Positions 25,196 through 38,580 are shown, counted from the first letter of the stretch. The stretch: DNA of 64,000 nucleotides from Camelus ferus (GCF_009834535.1 NC_045696.1:48672001-48736000), one strand, 5' to 3'. Notes: generated from the letters alone by a model not told the origin. Program-made: numbers and translations.

Positions 25196-26174
25196 TATGT
25201 GGAAACCACTAAATGATATCTCAGCAGAAGGAAAATTTTACTCCCCATTTAAGAGCAAAGATAATTATTATACTTGATATGGGTTTAATGGTGCATTGGT
25301 ATAACTTAAGGCATTGGATTGGAAGACCCAGGATATGTTTTAAATGAATTTGGAGATTATTTTAAGTCATGGTGTCTTTCAATAATACCCCTTGAAAATT
25401 TTCACTGTTGAGCTCTAATTGTTACGGTTATTTTCAAGGGCCATAAGGTGAAGTGCAATACTGAAACCTAGATTTTTATTCTCCCTTCATTATAAACTTT
25501 CTTCCTCATCCTGGGAAAGTTCCTATATTACACAGTTTTTTGAAAAACAGCTAGCATAATGCTGGCCTACTGCAAGAAATCATTACATGGACTTCTTAGG
25601 GGAAAAAAAATGAAAGCACACGTTTACTCTGTCTTGGCGCATAGATATTTGAATAATAATTCCTTGGTGAGTTTCATTGAGAATCTACTATATGTTCAGC
25701 ACTTTCTTTTACTCAGAGAATTTGAGAAAAATTAATCTTCCTAGTCTATTCTACTCTTTACTCACTTTCTAATGGTCAAATGAATGAGTCGTTTGCAAAC
25801 TCAGTGAATTTTCATCAGCCCTGTCCCTAGAAAAAATTACAATGCAGGTAAAATTTATCTTCCCCTTTCTCAAGGGTCTCTTTTTTGACTCTTAGCACTT
25901 CTTATACCTACTTTCAATACCCCACCAATCCTGTCCCTCCCTACTCTATCAGATCACAGGGAACCAGACTTTCTCTAATGTACTGCCTTCCCTACTGCTC
26001 TTTTCTTTGTGAAAGACTGATAACATATTTCCTAAACTAGGTAAATAATTGATATCACTTAATGATTTATTAATGGAATGGAGTGGATCAAACCAAAAGG
26101 AAAAAACATCAGTTAAATTTGTATCTTTAAGCAGGTAAAATTTCAGGTTTTAAATCCAGCTGGGAGGGAACAGT

Positions 26175-26410
26175 CCTAATATTTATTAAATGCACAGTGC
26201 GTGTCTGACACTGTGAAAGGAGTTTTCACATATATTATCTTCTTTTATCTGTACAGTAACCTCACGGTTAGATATTAACGCTGTTTTAGAGAGAGAACAG
26301 TGTTTGAGTAAGATTAAGCAATTTATGGAAGGTTACAAAGTCAGTAAGTAGCAGAACTGGGATTCATTTCCAGGTCTGTCTGACTACAAAATCCACACTT
26401 TTCTTCTCAA
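26175..26410 (-). mobile_element. MIR SINE
   Basis: 'aaggttacaaagtcagtaagtagcagaactgggattcatttccaggtctgtctgactacaaaatcc'. Confidence 0.85.
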
Positions 26411-27119
26411 TCGTATTGCATCTTCGTGTTTCTGAAATGGTGTTTTGAAAAGAGCAGTAAGCCCCTGAGGCTGGCCCTGTTCAAAGCCTTATAGAATCAC
26501 ACGTTTAACTTTTATTATTTGCCTAGTAACGCTATTTAAATTCTAAAACACCTCTTACAGTTTAAACCATACTTTTCAGTTCAATCCAGGTCTCATGTAA
26601 ATGAAAATCCTCTAAAAAAGAAGAAAGAAAAGCAGAATTTACAACACCTGCAACACGAGGATGATTACCTTAAGCACCACTTAAACCCCAGATCTATTTT
26701 TTCCCTGCTCACTTAATGTAACTTTTATAAAAATATAGACCCCAGTGAAAATAATACAGATTTATTTCTTTTCGGGGGTGAGGGAAGCCTCTCATGAAAT
26801 GGAATAAAAGCTTTATTATTTTTATTTTACTTAGAGGAAACTCTGAGTTATTTCATTTTGCATTTTTGGCTTTACAGCTTCTGCAGCACAGGAAGGTATG
26901 CTAGACGGAGTTTGGAACTGAGTAAGCCAACCAGCTGGATCCATTACACTTCCATCTTTTACTGCTTTAGAATATCTTTTTCTTGAGCTTGAGCTATGAG
27001 AACTCAAGGAAGGATTGGAACATTTAGCAGTGAGTTTGAGAGCGCACATTCATGGATAGAGAGCCCCCTAGTTCTTTTTGCCCAGACAGTACTAATCAGC
27101 ATCACAAAAACGGAAACGA

Positions 27120-28880
27120 CACAGAACCGTCTCACTCAGGAATATAGAAGCCAAAATCCTAAATAAAATGTTAGCAAGCAGAACCCAGCATGACATTAAA
27201 AGTGATGAAATATCCTGACCAAATTCAGCATTTTTCTTGAATGTAGCTTAAAATTTTAAAATCTATTCATAATTTTTCATATTAACAAGTGTTGTTTGTT
27301 AACATTAACATGTTGAAAGTCATCTCAATAGGTACTAAAAATTTAGAAAACAGGTGCAAATACCTTTGGACAAAAATTTTTTAGCTTAGTGACAACAGAA
27401 TAAAAAGCATTATCAACTATCTACGTAATTTGAATTCTTCACCTGAAAATGTCCTAAAGAACACCTAGAAGTATGAACATTTAATAACAGTTAATAAAAA
27501 GTTGAAAAAATTCAAATCATTGCAGAAGGACTTATTCTTTCTGATGTTAAGATGTATTATAAATTTGCAGTACCTAAAATATGGTTATACTGTTGAAGAA
27601 ATGAACATTTCAATGTTCTAGAATAGAGAATGTCAGAATGGAATTTTTAAAGAATTTTTTTGGATTAGTCATTATTCAATATATTATTTTGTGACAAATA
27701 TTGGTACAAAAAGTCCAAAAGTTGGACTGTTATAAGTCTCCAGATGGAATTAACAATTAAATATAAAAATAAATCCACATTAATTTCTAAAGGAAAATTT
27801 AGGTGATTATTTCTACAATATTATAGCAGGAAATGATTTTAAAAAGAGTATCTTGAAAGCTGTCAATTGTCAAAGAAACAACTGCTAACTGAAAAAATAC
27901 TAAGAGTAAAAACTTCTATTGTGCAATTTGACTCCAAAAGATGCCCATGATGTGTTTTAAGTGAAAAAAAAAAAATCATTTAACAGGGCATTGTGTGTTT
28001 TAATAGCATTTTACTCTTCTATGTGAATGTGTCTCAATGTGGGTAAATCTCACAGTGTGTACACGTGTTTATAGAAACAACGACCAGGCGTCTATTCAAC
28101 AAAATGTTAGTAGTTCTTACTAACTATTACTCGGGACAGTGGAATCATGAGTAGTTTTTATTTCCTTTCTGTATTGTCTGACTCTTATACAACAATTGTA
28201 TATTATGTTTACATATTTTTGCAAACCTATTTTAATTCTTGAGAAGGATTACCTTTTGGTGATTTAAGATAATATGTCTATAATTTGCAGTCTTGATTTA
28301 TGTATGGATGAAAACAAAAGACATGCAAGATTCTTATGAAAGAAATAACAAAACTGTGTTGAGAGGCATTAAATAAGAACTAACTAAATAAAGAAGACCT
28401 AAATAAGTAAATATTTATGAAAAAGAAAAGTTCACATGGTAGAAATATGAATCCTCCACAAATTAAATCTATGCTATTCTTCAAAACTTCAGTGGGGTTT
28501 TATGTTTATTTATTTGTTTGGTTTTATAGAACTTGGGTCAATTCTATAATTTATGTTGAAGTATAAAGAAAACAGACTAGCTAACATCACAATGCAGAAG
28601 CACCATCCTAGACAGCAAGATTTATGCTACAGCTTTATTAAGATATTCTAGCATAGGTTCAGGGATAAACAAGCTAGCCAGCGGAACAAGCGGAAAGTTC
28701 AGAAGTGAAGTTAATTAAATATAGATGTGACAAAAATGACATTACAAACTAGTGAGGAAAGGGTGGATTATTCAATATATGGTTTTAGAACAACCAGTCA
28801 CATGGAATAAAATGAAATTATATCACTTCCTTATAATTTATTTAAATGTCAGTTCTGTGAGAATTAAAGAACTCAGCCTG
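27120..28880 (+). mobile_element. Old L1 (L1ME-like) ORF2/3' fragments
   Basis: A-rich; 'aaaatcctaaataaaatgttagcaa', 'catctcaataggtactaaaa', 'cctccacaaattaaatctat', 'ttattcaatatatggttttagaacaacc'. Confidence 0.7.
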
Positions 28881-29014
28881 AAATGCTTGTGGCATCAGTA
28901 AAAAGTCACAATGCAACTGAAGTGACAAACTATTAACAAAACAAGTACTTCCTTTTTATATTTCTTGCAATATTCTAAAGCCATCAAATATGTAATCATA
29001 AAAAAATTCATCAA

Positions 29015-29110
29015 GGGAGGTGGGTATAGCTAATAGTAGAGTGTGTGCTTAGCATGCACGAGATCCTGGGTTCAACCTCCATTAAAAAATAAAAAAATAA
29101 AATAAAATGA
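29015..29110 (+). mobile_element. Camelid tRNA-Ala-derived SINE (Vic-1-like)
   Basis: 'gggtatagctaatagtagagtgtgtgcttagcatgcacgagatcctgggttcaacctcc' plus an A-rich tail; imperfect TSD aaaaattcatcaa / aaagatttcatcaa. Confidence 0.9.
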
Positions 29111-30654
29111 AAAAGATTTCATCAAATTATTTTTCTGTGAAGAACAAGACTGATCTTTCCTCTGTTTCTTGAATATGTGTTGACAAGTGCACAGGCAAAT
29201 GGAAATATTTTTTAGGGAAAATCTGAGTCATTCAGTTGTCTAAATAATCACTCATTTCACAAGCTGTACTTCATGGGTTATTATTAAAATTTAGTGTGTG
29301 CTGAACATTGAATAAAAACCTTTCTGTGAAACTGTATGAACACAGGTTTCTGGGATAATGTAGCTTTGTCAAAGTGGGTACTCAAGTCCACTGGGTGTCA
29401 TGAATGTAGGTAGAAAACTGGGTTAGGGGTCAAGAGAAGGTCCTGTCACCAGAAGGACCTGGGGGCAGAGTTCAGGAAACATGCAAGAGTCAAAAGCAGA
29501 ACCTTTAAGACAGACCTGACACAGAAGCTCACAAATAATAACAAGTACACTGGGTCATCTAGAATGCGGGAAACAGGACCTCAGGGGCCAAGGGAGCTGG
29601 AAAGTGGTGCAAGAGAACAGTCACTAGGCATTGACATCAAAAAAATGATCGTTGGGGCAACCTTTAGCCATAGCTTTCCTAATTGCAGCTACCATCCAAG
29701 GCAGGACATTGTTTCTGAGCAAGGCAATCCAAAATTCAGGTATGGGAGCAGGCAGGGAGAATCAGCTGACTGGAAAGAGCAATGTACTTGGATAGCAAAG
29801 AGGCAAATCTAGGCAGTTTACTCTGTTCAGAAATTTGCACTTGTAATTTCAAATTAAGCGCTTGCTATAATTGTCTTCATTTACACTTGAAGTTTTTATT
29901 TTGTTTTGTCTTCTCTTTTTGGCAATATGAACTAGTGGGGATTGTCTACCTGACTTAGAGTCAATTTTAAAACCAGCAAAAGAGTACCCATTAACTTGAT
30001 TTGATTTACCTGAAGCCAGTGCTAATTTTCATCCTCGTTTTATGCACTTAAATGAATTACTTACCTTTACACCTAAATCGAGCCGGTGTAAGTAGGATAA
30101 TCTATTATAATATTAATATGTGTACGATTTTTCCTTAGTTTCTTCTCCTCCTATTTAAGGAGGTAGCCAGGACTACGTATTCATCCCTCAGATAATTTCA
30201 TAGGTGAGAAATCAGATAACAGCTTCTTCCTTTGCTCAGTAAATGCCAAACATGTTGAAGAGACTATGGATAGTGAATGAAAAGGAAGAGAATTTCTAGA
30301 AATCAGGAAGAAATAAAGGTCAAAGACTGGCTGATCCTGCCTTCGTGGGCACTTGTGATCTGCTGTGTGAGGATGCCTTGAGGAGACAGCAAGACCTCAG
30401 TGGGGATGGTAAGCATGTTGCACGAGGGGAGGCAGGACCCTGGACAGAGCCACCCACCTCTGCAAAGATGCTCATGTCTGCAAGTAGCTCAGAAGAGAAG
30501 GCCTGCTGGTTGTAGAAAACGGGGACAGCAGCGGCTATCGTAATGCAAGTAGAGACTGAAGGTCTTGCCCATGGTTCAGAAATTACTTGATCTTCCCAGT
30601 TTCTGGGGCCATCTTGCTGAAAAGAAGGGCCTTGACACAGATTAACATAGAATG

Positions 30655-31146
30655 TTAGATTTCACATATGAGTGATATCATAAAGTATTTTCCTTTCTCT
30701 TTCTGGCTCACTTCACTTAGAATGACAGTCTCCAGGTCCACCCATGTTGCTGCAAGTGGCATTATTTGATTATTTTTTTATGGCTGAGTAGTGAAAAAAA
30801 AAGACAAACGAACTTACTTGCAAAACAGAAACAGACACACAGATGTAGAAAACAAATTTATGGTTACCAGGGTGGGGAAGGGGGTGGGAAGGGATAAACT
30901 GGGAGTTCGACATTTGCAGATACTAACTAATGTATATAAAATAGATAAACAACAAGGTCATTACTGTATAGCACAGGGAACTATATTCGATATCTTGTAG
31001 TAACATATGGTGAAAAAGAACATGAAAACGAATATATGCATGTTCATGTATGATTGAAGTATTGTGCTGTACACCAGAAATGACATAACTTTATAAACTG
31101 ATCATACTTCAATAAAAATTTTAAAAATTAAAAATTAAAAAAAAAA
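30655..31146 (+). mobile_element. 5'-truncated, 5'-inverted L1 (relatively young, artiodactyl type)
   Basis: 30655-30792 is the antisense ORF2 end; 30793-31146 is the sense 3'UTR with AATAAA and an A-tail. Confidence 0.92.
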
Positions 31147-32452
31147 GAGAATTCTGGAGGGTAGAGGAGTAAACAAGGGAAAAGTTTGGAGGCAAGTTTG
31201 TGTTGATTTAAAGAAAATGTAAGACCTATCTTTGCAGATTGATATTCATGTATGGCATGTGCTTGATAATAATATTTTACTTATTGAGGGAACAGAGTTA
31301 ACTTGATGCAGAACTTCAAGGGTCCCACACAGAAGTATTGTTCTTATTTAGATTGAGTTGATACTTTCAAACACATGGGAATAAAATGATCTTTGGTATA
31401 TACAGACTTGTAGAATTTTAGGAAGAAAAGTAAACAAAAGACCATTTAAGCCAACTTCATTATTTTTTTCAGATTAAAAAGAACCTGAAATCCAAAGCGG
31501 TAAGTTGACCATTAAGATAGCACAGGTTGAGAGGTGAGTTTGGGACCAGAGCTCACATATGCTGGATCGCAGCCACAGCACTACCTGTTACCCACCTTCC
31601 CATGTCATGTTCACAGAGTGCCCGAACCAGGCCGGCCCTACTTCCAAAAGTGGCAAGCCTGAGAGCAGGAAACCTCTGCCTTCATTTAGGGCCAGCTTGT
31701 CTGGTTGCTACTGCTGCATTCAGAACACAGTATCCCTCAGCTAGCTTGTCTACGGGATGATAACTATTTTTCGCAGTCAGCCCCTAAGCGCTTCCAGTCT
31801 ACGATTTCTGATTTGTCACCTAGCCCCACCTTCATCAACTCACGTGTGAGGCTTGAGCTGAGAAATTCTGCTAAGAAAAAGGAATGAACTGTTTCCACTA
31901 AGAGTCCCGTAAGAGGGACACTGGAGTGCAAATCAGTCTCATTTCTGGGCCGGTGCAGCAGCACGTACAGCACAGCGCTGACAGGAGGGCACTCTCCCCT
32001 TTCCATCAGTGACTGTGTAGAGTCTAAACTGGAAGGAATGGTGCGTTAGAGACACGCAGCATCTCAGCAGCAGAGACGTGTGGGTGGGGGCACTGGGAAA
32101 CCGAGACTCAGCCCTGGTCGGGCTGCCAGGTCTCTGGGTGGGGGGGAGGGAAGACAGCAGTACCTGAGAGTGTGAAGTCTCTCTTGGCTGAAAGCAGCAG
32201 CAGAGCGCGCACCATCATCCCCACTCAGAGGGAGAGAGACGTGACAGGCAGCATGCGGGAACAGAGGGGACTCAGCACGAGGAACGCCCTCCCAGGACCC
32301 CCGGAGATAACCAAGGGTGAGAGGCAGAGGGTGCGATCTATGCCAGGCTGAAATGCCGGCGGTTTCTCTGATGGAGGGCTGGAACTGTGGAAACAGAGTC
32401 AAAAATGTTAACGTGATCCATTTTATCCTATGGGCTGCTGGGGCTTAGAGAC

Positions 32453-32885
32453 CATTGAAATAAAATAAAATAGAGACTGGGCTTGAAAATTCCCTAAATA
32501 GACAAAACCATTTAATCCACATAAACAAAACTAAACCCAGCATATTTCGTGAATATAAGTGAAATTTAGCTTATTTCTTGTCAGTGCCTCTGATTATCAT
32601 AAAATAAACTTAAATCATCTTCTCAAATGGTACTAGATAATCACTTTTAACCAAACCCCTGCTGTCTAGAAACTCTCACTGTAAGAACTGATCATTGCCA
32701 AGGTTGGACAACGTCCTTATTTTCATTTCCTAAGTCATCCTGTGACGTCAGGCCCCTGAGCTTCACATCGGTTTTGGATTCGAAGACTCCCAGTTCACAA
32801 ACTGCTCTCTTGTGCACAGTAAACTCTGATGGAATGCTACTTTACTGATCTGGTTTCAATTTTTACTATTTCTGAATTTTTAACA
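32453..32885 (+). mobile_element. ERV1-like solo LTR with 4-bp TSD
   Basis: TSD agac at 32449-32452 and 32886-32889; ends 'ttttaaca'; poly(A)-like 'agtaaa' near 32818; CRE 'tgacgtca' inside. Confidence 0.75.
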
Positions 32886-34555
32886 AGACAAAGGGGCTAG
32901 ACTGGAGCAACGGCTTCTTTTTTGCCGTATTTATTTAAGCTGCACTGCTTCACTGACCTCTGCTTTCACCCCTCTCTCCACCCATCTCAGACTTTCTAGT
33001 CCCAAAGTGTACTCTGAGCTCCAGCTCTGACTATTTTGAAATGCTTGCTCCCTGAGCTGATCCTCAGTGACTTTCTGATCGCTGCCACCCAGTTTTAATT
33101 TGTCCTATGCTACCTTATTTTATTGGTCATTTTTTCCTGGGTATTTAAATTCCCCCTCATAGGGGAAACCACTCTGGGTTTCATAAATGAATAACCACCA
33201 AACACTCAGTAGAGCACCTTAAACCTTGTAAACTTTAATAAATGTTTGTTGATGGACTTATTGATATCAGGTATAAGGGTCAGTTAAACTTTCTGTATCT
33301 AATTTAAAAAAACCCACAATAACAGAACTGTATAAATAGCTGTTTCTTCTCTTGCGTGTTCCATAAATAGAAAAATTCATAGTCATTTGCACTGACAATT
33401 AAAAGACTGCCTGCGCTAAGTTCTCTCTCCATTCAAAGCTGGTATGTTAAGATACCAATAATCACCTAGAACAGATGACAAGAGGTTTTTGAGTTTTGTT
33501 TTTTCTTTTTTAAGTGCTCCTAAATACCTCTTAATTTAAAAAAAAATGGTGGCTGGGAAACTGTTGTTATTGCAGATAAGCTACAGAAAATAAATGCAGT
33601 ATTTTAGATGCTGATTTAAAAACCAAAAGATCTTAAAATTAGATTACAAATTAAAAAGCAGTCAAAACACCACATTTCACACTTTCTTTAAAATGTGAAC
33701 TAGTTAAGCTTGTTTATTTCGAACTTAATAATCACAAGTGAAGTTTGACTATTTTTCTTTTGAAAAAGATTCCCCTGAGGTCTCTTAAAAAGATGAGTTC
33801 CCTGACACCTTTAAAATCTGAATCAGCTAAACAAAATCCACTCCAGAATAAACAAAGAAACACATATTTAAAAGCCCGCAGTGCCTCCATACTTTTCATG
33901 CATTTGCAGAACATGGAGGGCTGGTCACCTAGCCTCCTTTAATTAACCCATTTAAATATGAGTTCTTCAAGATCTTGCTTGTCTTGCTCTGTATGCCTAA
34001 ATCCCCCTCATCCCTGTCACATAGGCTGCCTTTCTAAGAAGAGAAATTGGTTTTGAAATGTTCTGCATTATGAGGGATGAAAAACAGCAGGTTGGTGTTA
34101 GGGTTAAGAGCAGGAGACGTTTGAGATGGTCTGGAATTTGAGAAGCTGAAGGCCATCACTGGAGACTTGGCTTCAGCTTTTCCATTGAGCTAGTCGTGAG
34201 CTCTGCAGTGGGTAACTCTGGATGACATATTTGAGACACTTTTAAGCTTTAAAGCTCTATAATTCTGTGATTTATTGACTTTGCTTTGGATTCTAATGAC
34301 TACCCTCTGCTACTTTCCCTAAAATAATCAATAGTTTACACTTAATTTTCTTCTGTTTTAATTTTGTTTTGCAGTATTAGCTGCCTGACTTCACTCCAGC
34401 AGCTAAACTTTTGGGGGGGGATTTTCTATATCTGTCAATTTATTCATCTAAATTGAGAGGAAGGATAAAGGAGATCACTGAAGTTTCTTTTGAATTTTTG
34501 TTTCTTTTGTTTTTTTGTTTTGTTTTGTTTTTTATTTGTTTGTTTTGCTTTTATA

Positions 34556-34589
34556 GTATAGAATGGTATAGAATGGTATAGAATGGTAT
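34556..34589. repeat. 10-bp tandem repeat (GTATAGAATG)x3.4 next to a T-rich tract
   Basis: gtatagaatggtatagaatggtatagaatggtat seen directly. Confidence 0.95.
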
Positions 34590-35384
34590 CAAAAGGAACC
34601 AAGGGAAAGAGAAGAACAGACACCAAAAACCTACCTCGGGGAGAGTTTTCCATAGGCTGCTGACAAGCACAGTGCTGCTTGCTGATGGTTGAAGACAACT
34701 TCCTATTATCACTTGCAGGTGGAAACGTGCACATTGCCTGCTTCTCTAGCAACACAACTATTCAGTAAGTTTCCAACTATCATTAGCTGGTAGCTTATGA
34801 AATAAGACAACTGGTATGGTGTTTGTCACATAGTAAGCCGTAACTCAATGTTTACAAACATGGTCTTTAAAATAAAAGCTTCAAATCATAGTTTTTATTT
34901 CCCAGAGTGATAAAGCATGGAAATAATTTCATAGGTGGAGGCAGCACAAGCACTAGAGGAATGAGTATGTTACTAGAGTTTTAGGATTTTCTAATGTCTT
35001 AGTCATTGATATTTTTAGAATCCTATTTCCCTTTTCCCACTAAATTTTGCCAAACGCAAGCATCCTCATTTCTCTCCTTTTTGAACTGGTAACCTGATGA
35101 AGCAGATGGGTTACTCGCAGTAGCACATGGCCCTGTGGGCATCCTCCTCCGTGTTCACTTGGAAGATCCATCCATGGAAAATCAAGGACTACATCTGCCA
35201 AAGGGCTGCCTGGCATCTGGCACCAACTTCACATGTCTGAATGAGCCCTGAGTTATATGGCTGTGTCTACCATCGCTTTGCCCTATCCTAAAATAAACGT
35301 TAGGGCTCTCCTAATCAAATCCTCTTGATTTAACAGTAACCATATCATTAGTCAGAGTAAAAATAGTTAAGATTTGTTAAGTGC

Positions 35385-35505
35385 AATGATTAAGAGCTGC
35401 CTGGATGTGCATCCTAAACTTGCCACTTAGTATCTGAATTTTGGAAGTTTATTTAATATCTTAATGCCTATTGCGTCATCTGTAAAATTGATGCTAATGT
35501 AGTAC
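35385..35505 (+). mobile_element. MIR fragment
   Basis: 'ttgccacttagtatctgaattttggaagtttatttaat...tcatctgtaaaattg'. Confidence 0.6.
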
Positions 35506-36714
35506 CAGGTGCTGTAACACATATATTTTGTCTATTTTCTAGTTAAGGAAACATCCTTCTAAAATGGGAATGTCTGAGTAAGCATATGGCTTTGGACGGG
35601 ATGCACTTGGGGAAGTGAACATTAAAGGGTGCTTACAGCTAACCATCACTCAACCAGATAAATTCTGCTGATAACTGGTACAACGGGGTTACTTTCTGAG
35701 ACATCAGAGCCTGGTGAAAAGGAGAAAATTTCCATAATCCATTAGCTAAGTGAAAATTATGCCACCACCAATTATCTTTCTGAGGCATTTTATAAATATC
35801 AGTCTAGCTCCTGAAAATAGGATTTGCAGATTTTAGGCATAAGTGAAGAACTGTCTTAAACTTGTTGACTGAGAATGTGAGTCATCAGGAATAAGGAGCA
35901 GGAGGGGGGCGAGTGAGATGGGAGAGAGAGATACTGGTTTTTCAATCTCCCAATCTCATTTCTGAGGCAGTATAAGCCTATTGTCATGTGACAATAACTA
36001 CAATACAAATTATCTTGTTATGGATTATGTCAAGCAGCCTTCTAGGAATGAACAATAAACAATAAAACTTTAAATATAGAAACAAGCCAATGGAATGGAT
36101 TGTTTTTACAGTTTCCTTGAATCATCCCCTTTGTGAATACCATGAGTTTCAGTTCTCCAAATTTTTCCAGCTGAAATAGTCTGAAAGTCAAAATTGTAAT
36201 GTAGGTATTTTTTAAGAATTTGTTAAACATTTTATAGTCTTTGTGTTCAATTTTATGACATTTCTTCCTTTAGTAGACTCTCTTTGGTTTGATTTCATTT
36301 AGTTTGAATTACTCTAGTCTGGTTTAGTTTGGGTAATTTTTTCTTTGTTTGGTTCAATTTTGCTATTGGACTTTAGTTATTAAAGTCAATTAGTAAAAAA
36401 GTAACTTGTCCTCCAGCATATCCAATATATTTATGAATCCTGTATGCATACTAGTACATTAGGTCTGTACTAAATCCAAGAAAGGTAAAATTCCTTCTTT
36501 GCTATGGTTTTAAAATGGGTCTTAACAGAAATTAGAGCATCTTTTTTAACATTCAAATTAGATTCTGTGGAATGTTTCAGAGCTGACATAGTGAATTTAG
36601 AAGCCTTATCTTGACTTGTGTTGTTCTTTTGCCTCTAAACAGGAATTCTTCCATACTAACTAGTGTCCTACATCAGCTGTATTCAAAGTTGTCATCATGA
36701 TCACCATGTCAGCA

Positions 36715-36905
36715 AGCAACATTTTTTAAAGTAATTATTCTCTACCAGGCACTGTGTTTAGTATTTTTCAAGTATTATCTGACTTAATACATACAGCAGA
36801 TTTAATATAAAGTACCATTATTTCAAGGAACTAAGTAACTTGACCAAAGTTTCACAGTTACTGAAGTAGTGAAGCTAGGCCTTTAACTTGAGTTGATCTG
36901 ACAGA
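36715..36905 (-). mobile_element. MIR SINE
   Basis: 'ccaggcactgtgtttagtatt...taagtaacttgaccaaagtttcacagtta'. Confidence 0.75.
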
Positions 36906-38036
36906 AATCTGAATCTCGGTCTTAGCTTTGAAATTATCTGGTACTTTATTCTTATTCCGCTAAATATGTCTATTGAACTGAACACTCTCAACACTAAATT
37001 TAATACATTTAAAATCGTTATTACTTGTGCTCGTTTTCTTTCCTTTCTCTTTCTTTTCCTCTCATTTTCTCTTCTTTAAAATTTTTGTGAAAAAATAGGG
37101 CCATTAAGCTTATCAGTATATTCTGTATTCTCAAAAACATGTTTGCATTACATTTTAATTTAATGCATTTCCATTTGAGTCAATGTAGTTTTAGAATAGT
37201 CATACAGATTATATGTTTTGAAATATTTTTTTTTACCTACACTGTTTATTTAATCCTACAGATTAAAGAAGATTTAATGGAATAAAATTAGCCATAATAT
37301 CTGTAAACTCAAGTTTCTTTTTAGCACAACCATCTGAACATGTTTAACATTCAGCGAAGGAATTCAGCAGAGTGATTATATTATCTTGAGTTGAATTACC
37401 TGTAAGCAAATTGAAAATGAAGAAAATTAACTCATGTGCTGTGTAAACTTCAATACAAATTTTGCTATAATCATGTTTAAATTTCAATTCTTGTTAATTT
37501 AACAATTGTGTCTCTGTGAGACTTGCTGGGAGAATTGTGAGGGGAAAAACAGATATTTGATTTCTAACCAAAAGAAAGTTATTTTAAAAGCTTTGGAATA
37601 TAGTTACATATTGAAATGCAACATTGTTTAGAGTTAATAAATGAAAGCCAATTGTTTTAAATAAATGGACTAAAAACTCACTCATTATATGATATCCATT
37701 GGATTTAAGCTCAAAACTTGATGCCTAACAGGGTATGGCAATTGCAGGTGGGGATGGGGTAGAGGATGGAGAGGTGATAAGGGCTGCATAATTTGATTTT
37801 TGACAGATGGCAGAAGATAGTCTAAAGAATTCCATACCATCCTCAAATTCTTTTCTCTTGCTGACTTGAATAAAAAAAGGTTAGTAATAGAATTATGGTT
37901 TGATTCACAATAAGAAAGAATTGATCTGAAGTTGTGCAAGCTCATAAATCTTAACACAAGCTATCCAATTAGGAGGGCTCAATAACCCACCCTGGCCTGG
38001 AGTTCTCACTGGACAGATAAAGGCACTCTTTCAGCC

Positions 38037-38580
38037 CAGTGTTTTTGAAAATGTAGTCCATAGACTACTTACATCATAACAGTCTGAAGGAATTAAAAAA
38101 TATAGAGAGTCTGGGGACTACCAGACCACTAAATTAAAATACCTATGACAGAGACCAGGAGTCTCGACTTTAGTAAATGCTCTAAGTAATGTTTAAAATT
38201 GAAGTATGACAGTGAAGTACAGAAATCTCAAGTGTGTGTCTAGATGGATATATACATACGGATATAACCACATAACATCCATTCAGAACAAGACACAATA
38301 AATTTCCATCCCTTAGAAGGATATTTCATGCCCCCTTTCAGGTAGTAACACACTCAGAGGGAGAAGATCACTATTGTTGCCTTTTCTTAAATATCATACA
38401 AACGGATATATGGTATGGTTTTGTAACTGACAGGCTTCAGCACTGTATATGTTAGGCTCGTTCATGCCGCTGAGTGTAGGAATAGCGTATTCTGTTTTAA
38501 TTGTTCTATACTTGCGTGGTGGATAGTTAGGTCATTTTCCAGATGATTCATATGAACGATTACATTTTAAAATCTTTCAC
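38037..38580. mobile_element. MER5A-like hAT element split by an L1 3' fragment
   Basis: Left part 'cagtgtttttgaaaatgtagtccatagact...ccaggagtctcgacttt'; the remainder 'ccagatgattcatatg' follows the L1. Confidence 0.55.
38192..38540 (-). mobile_element. Old L1 3' end fragment
   Basis: 'tttaaaattgaagtat...gtgaagtacagaaatctcaagtgt...aataaatttccatcccttagaagg'. Confidence 0.7.

Noticed and set aside
34556..34589. CRISPR-like or other functional array
   Set aside because: A spacer-less 10-bp tandem repeat in a mammalian genome; no repeat-spacer array or prokaryote-like segment was seen anywhere in the window.
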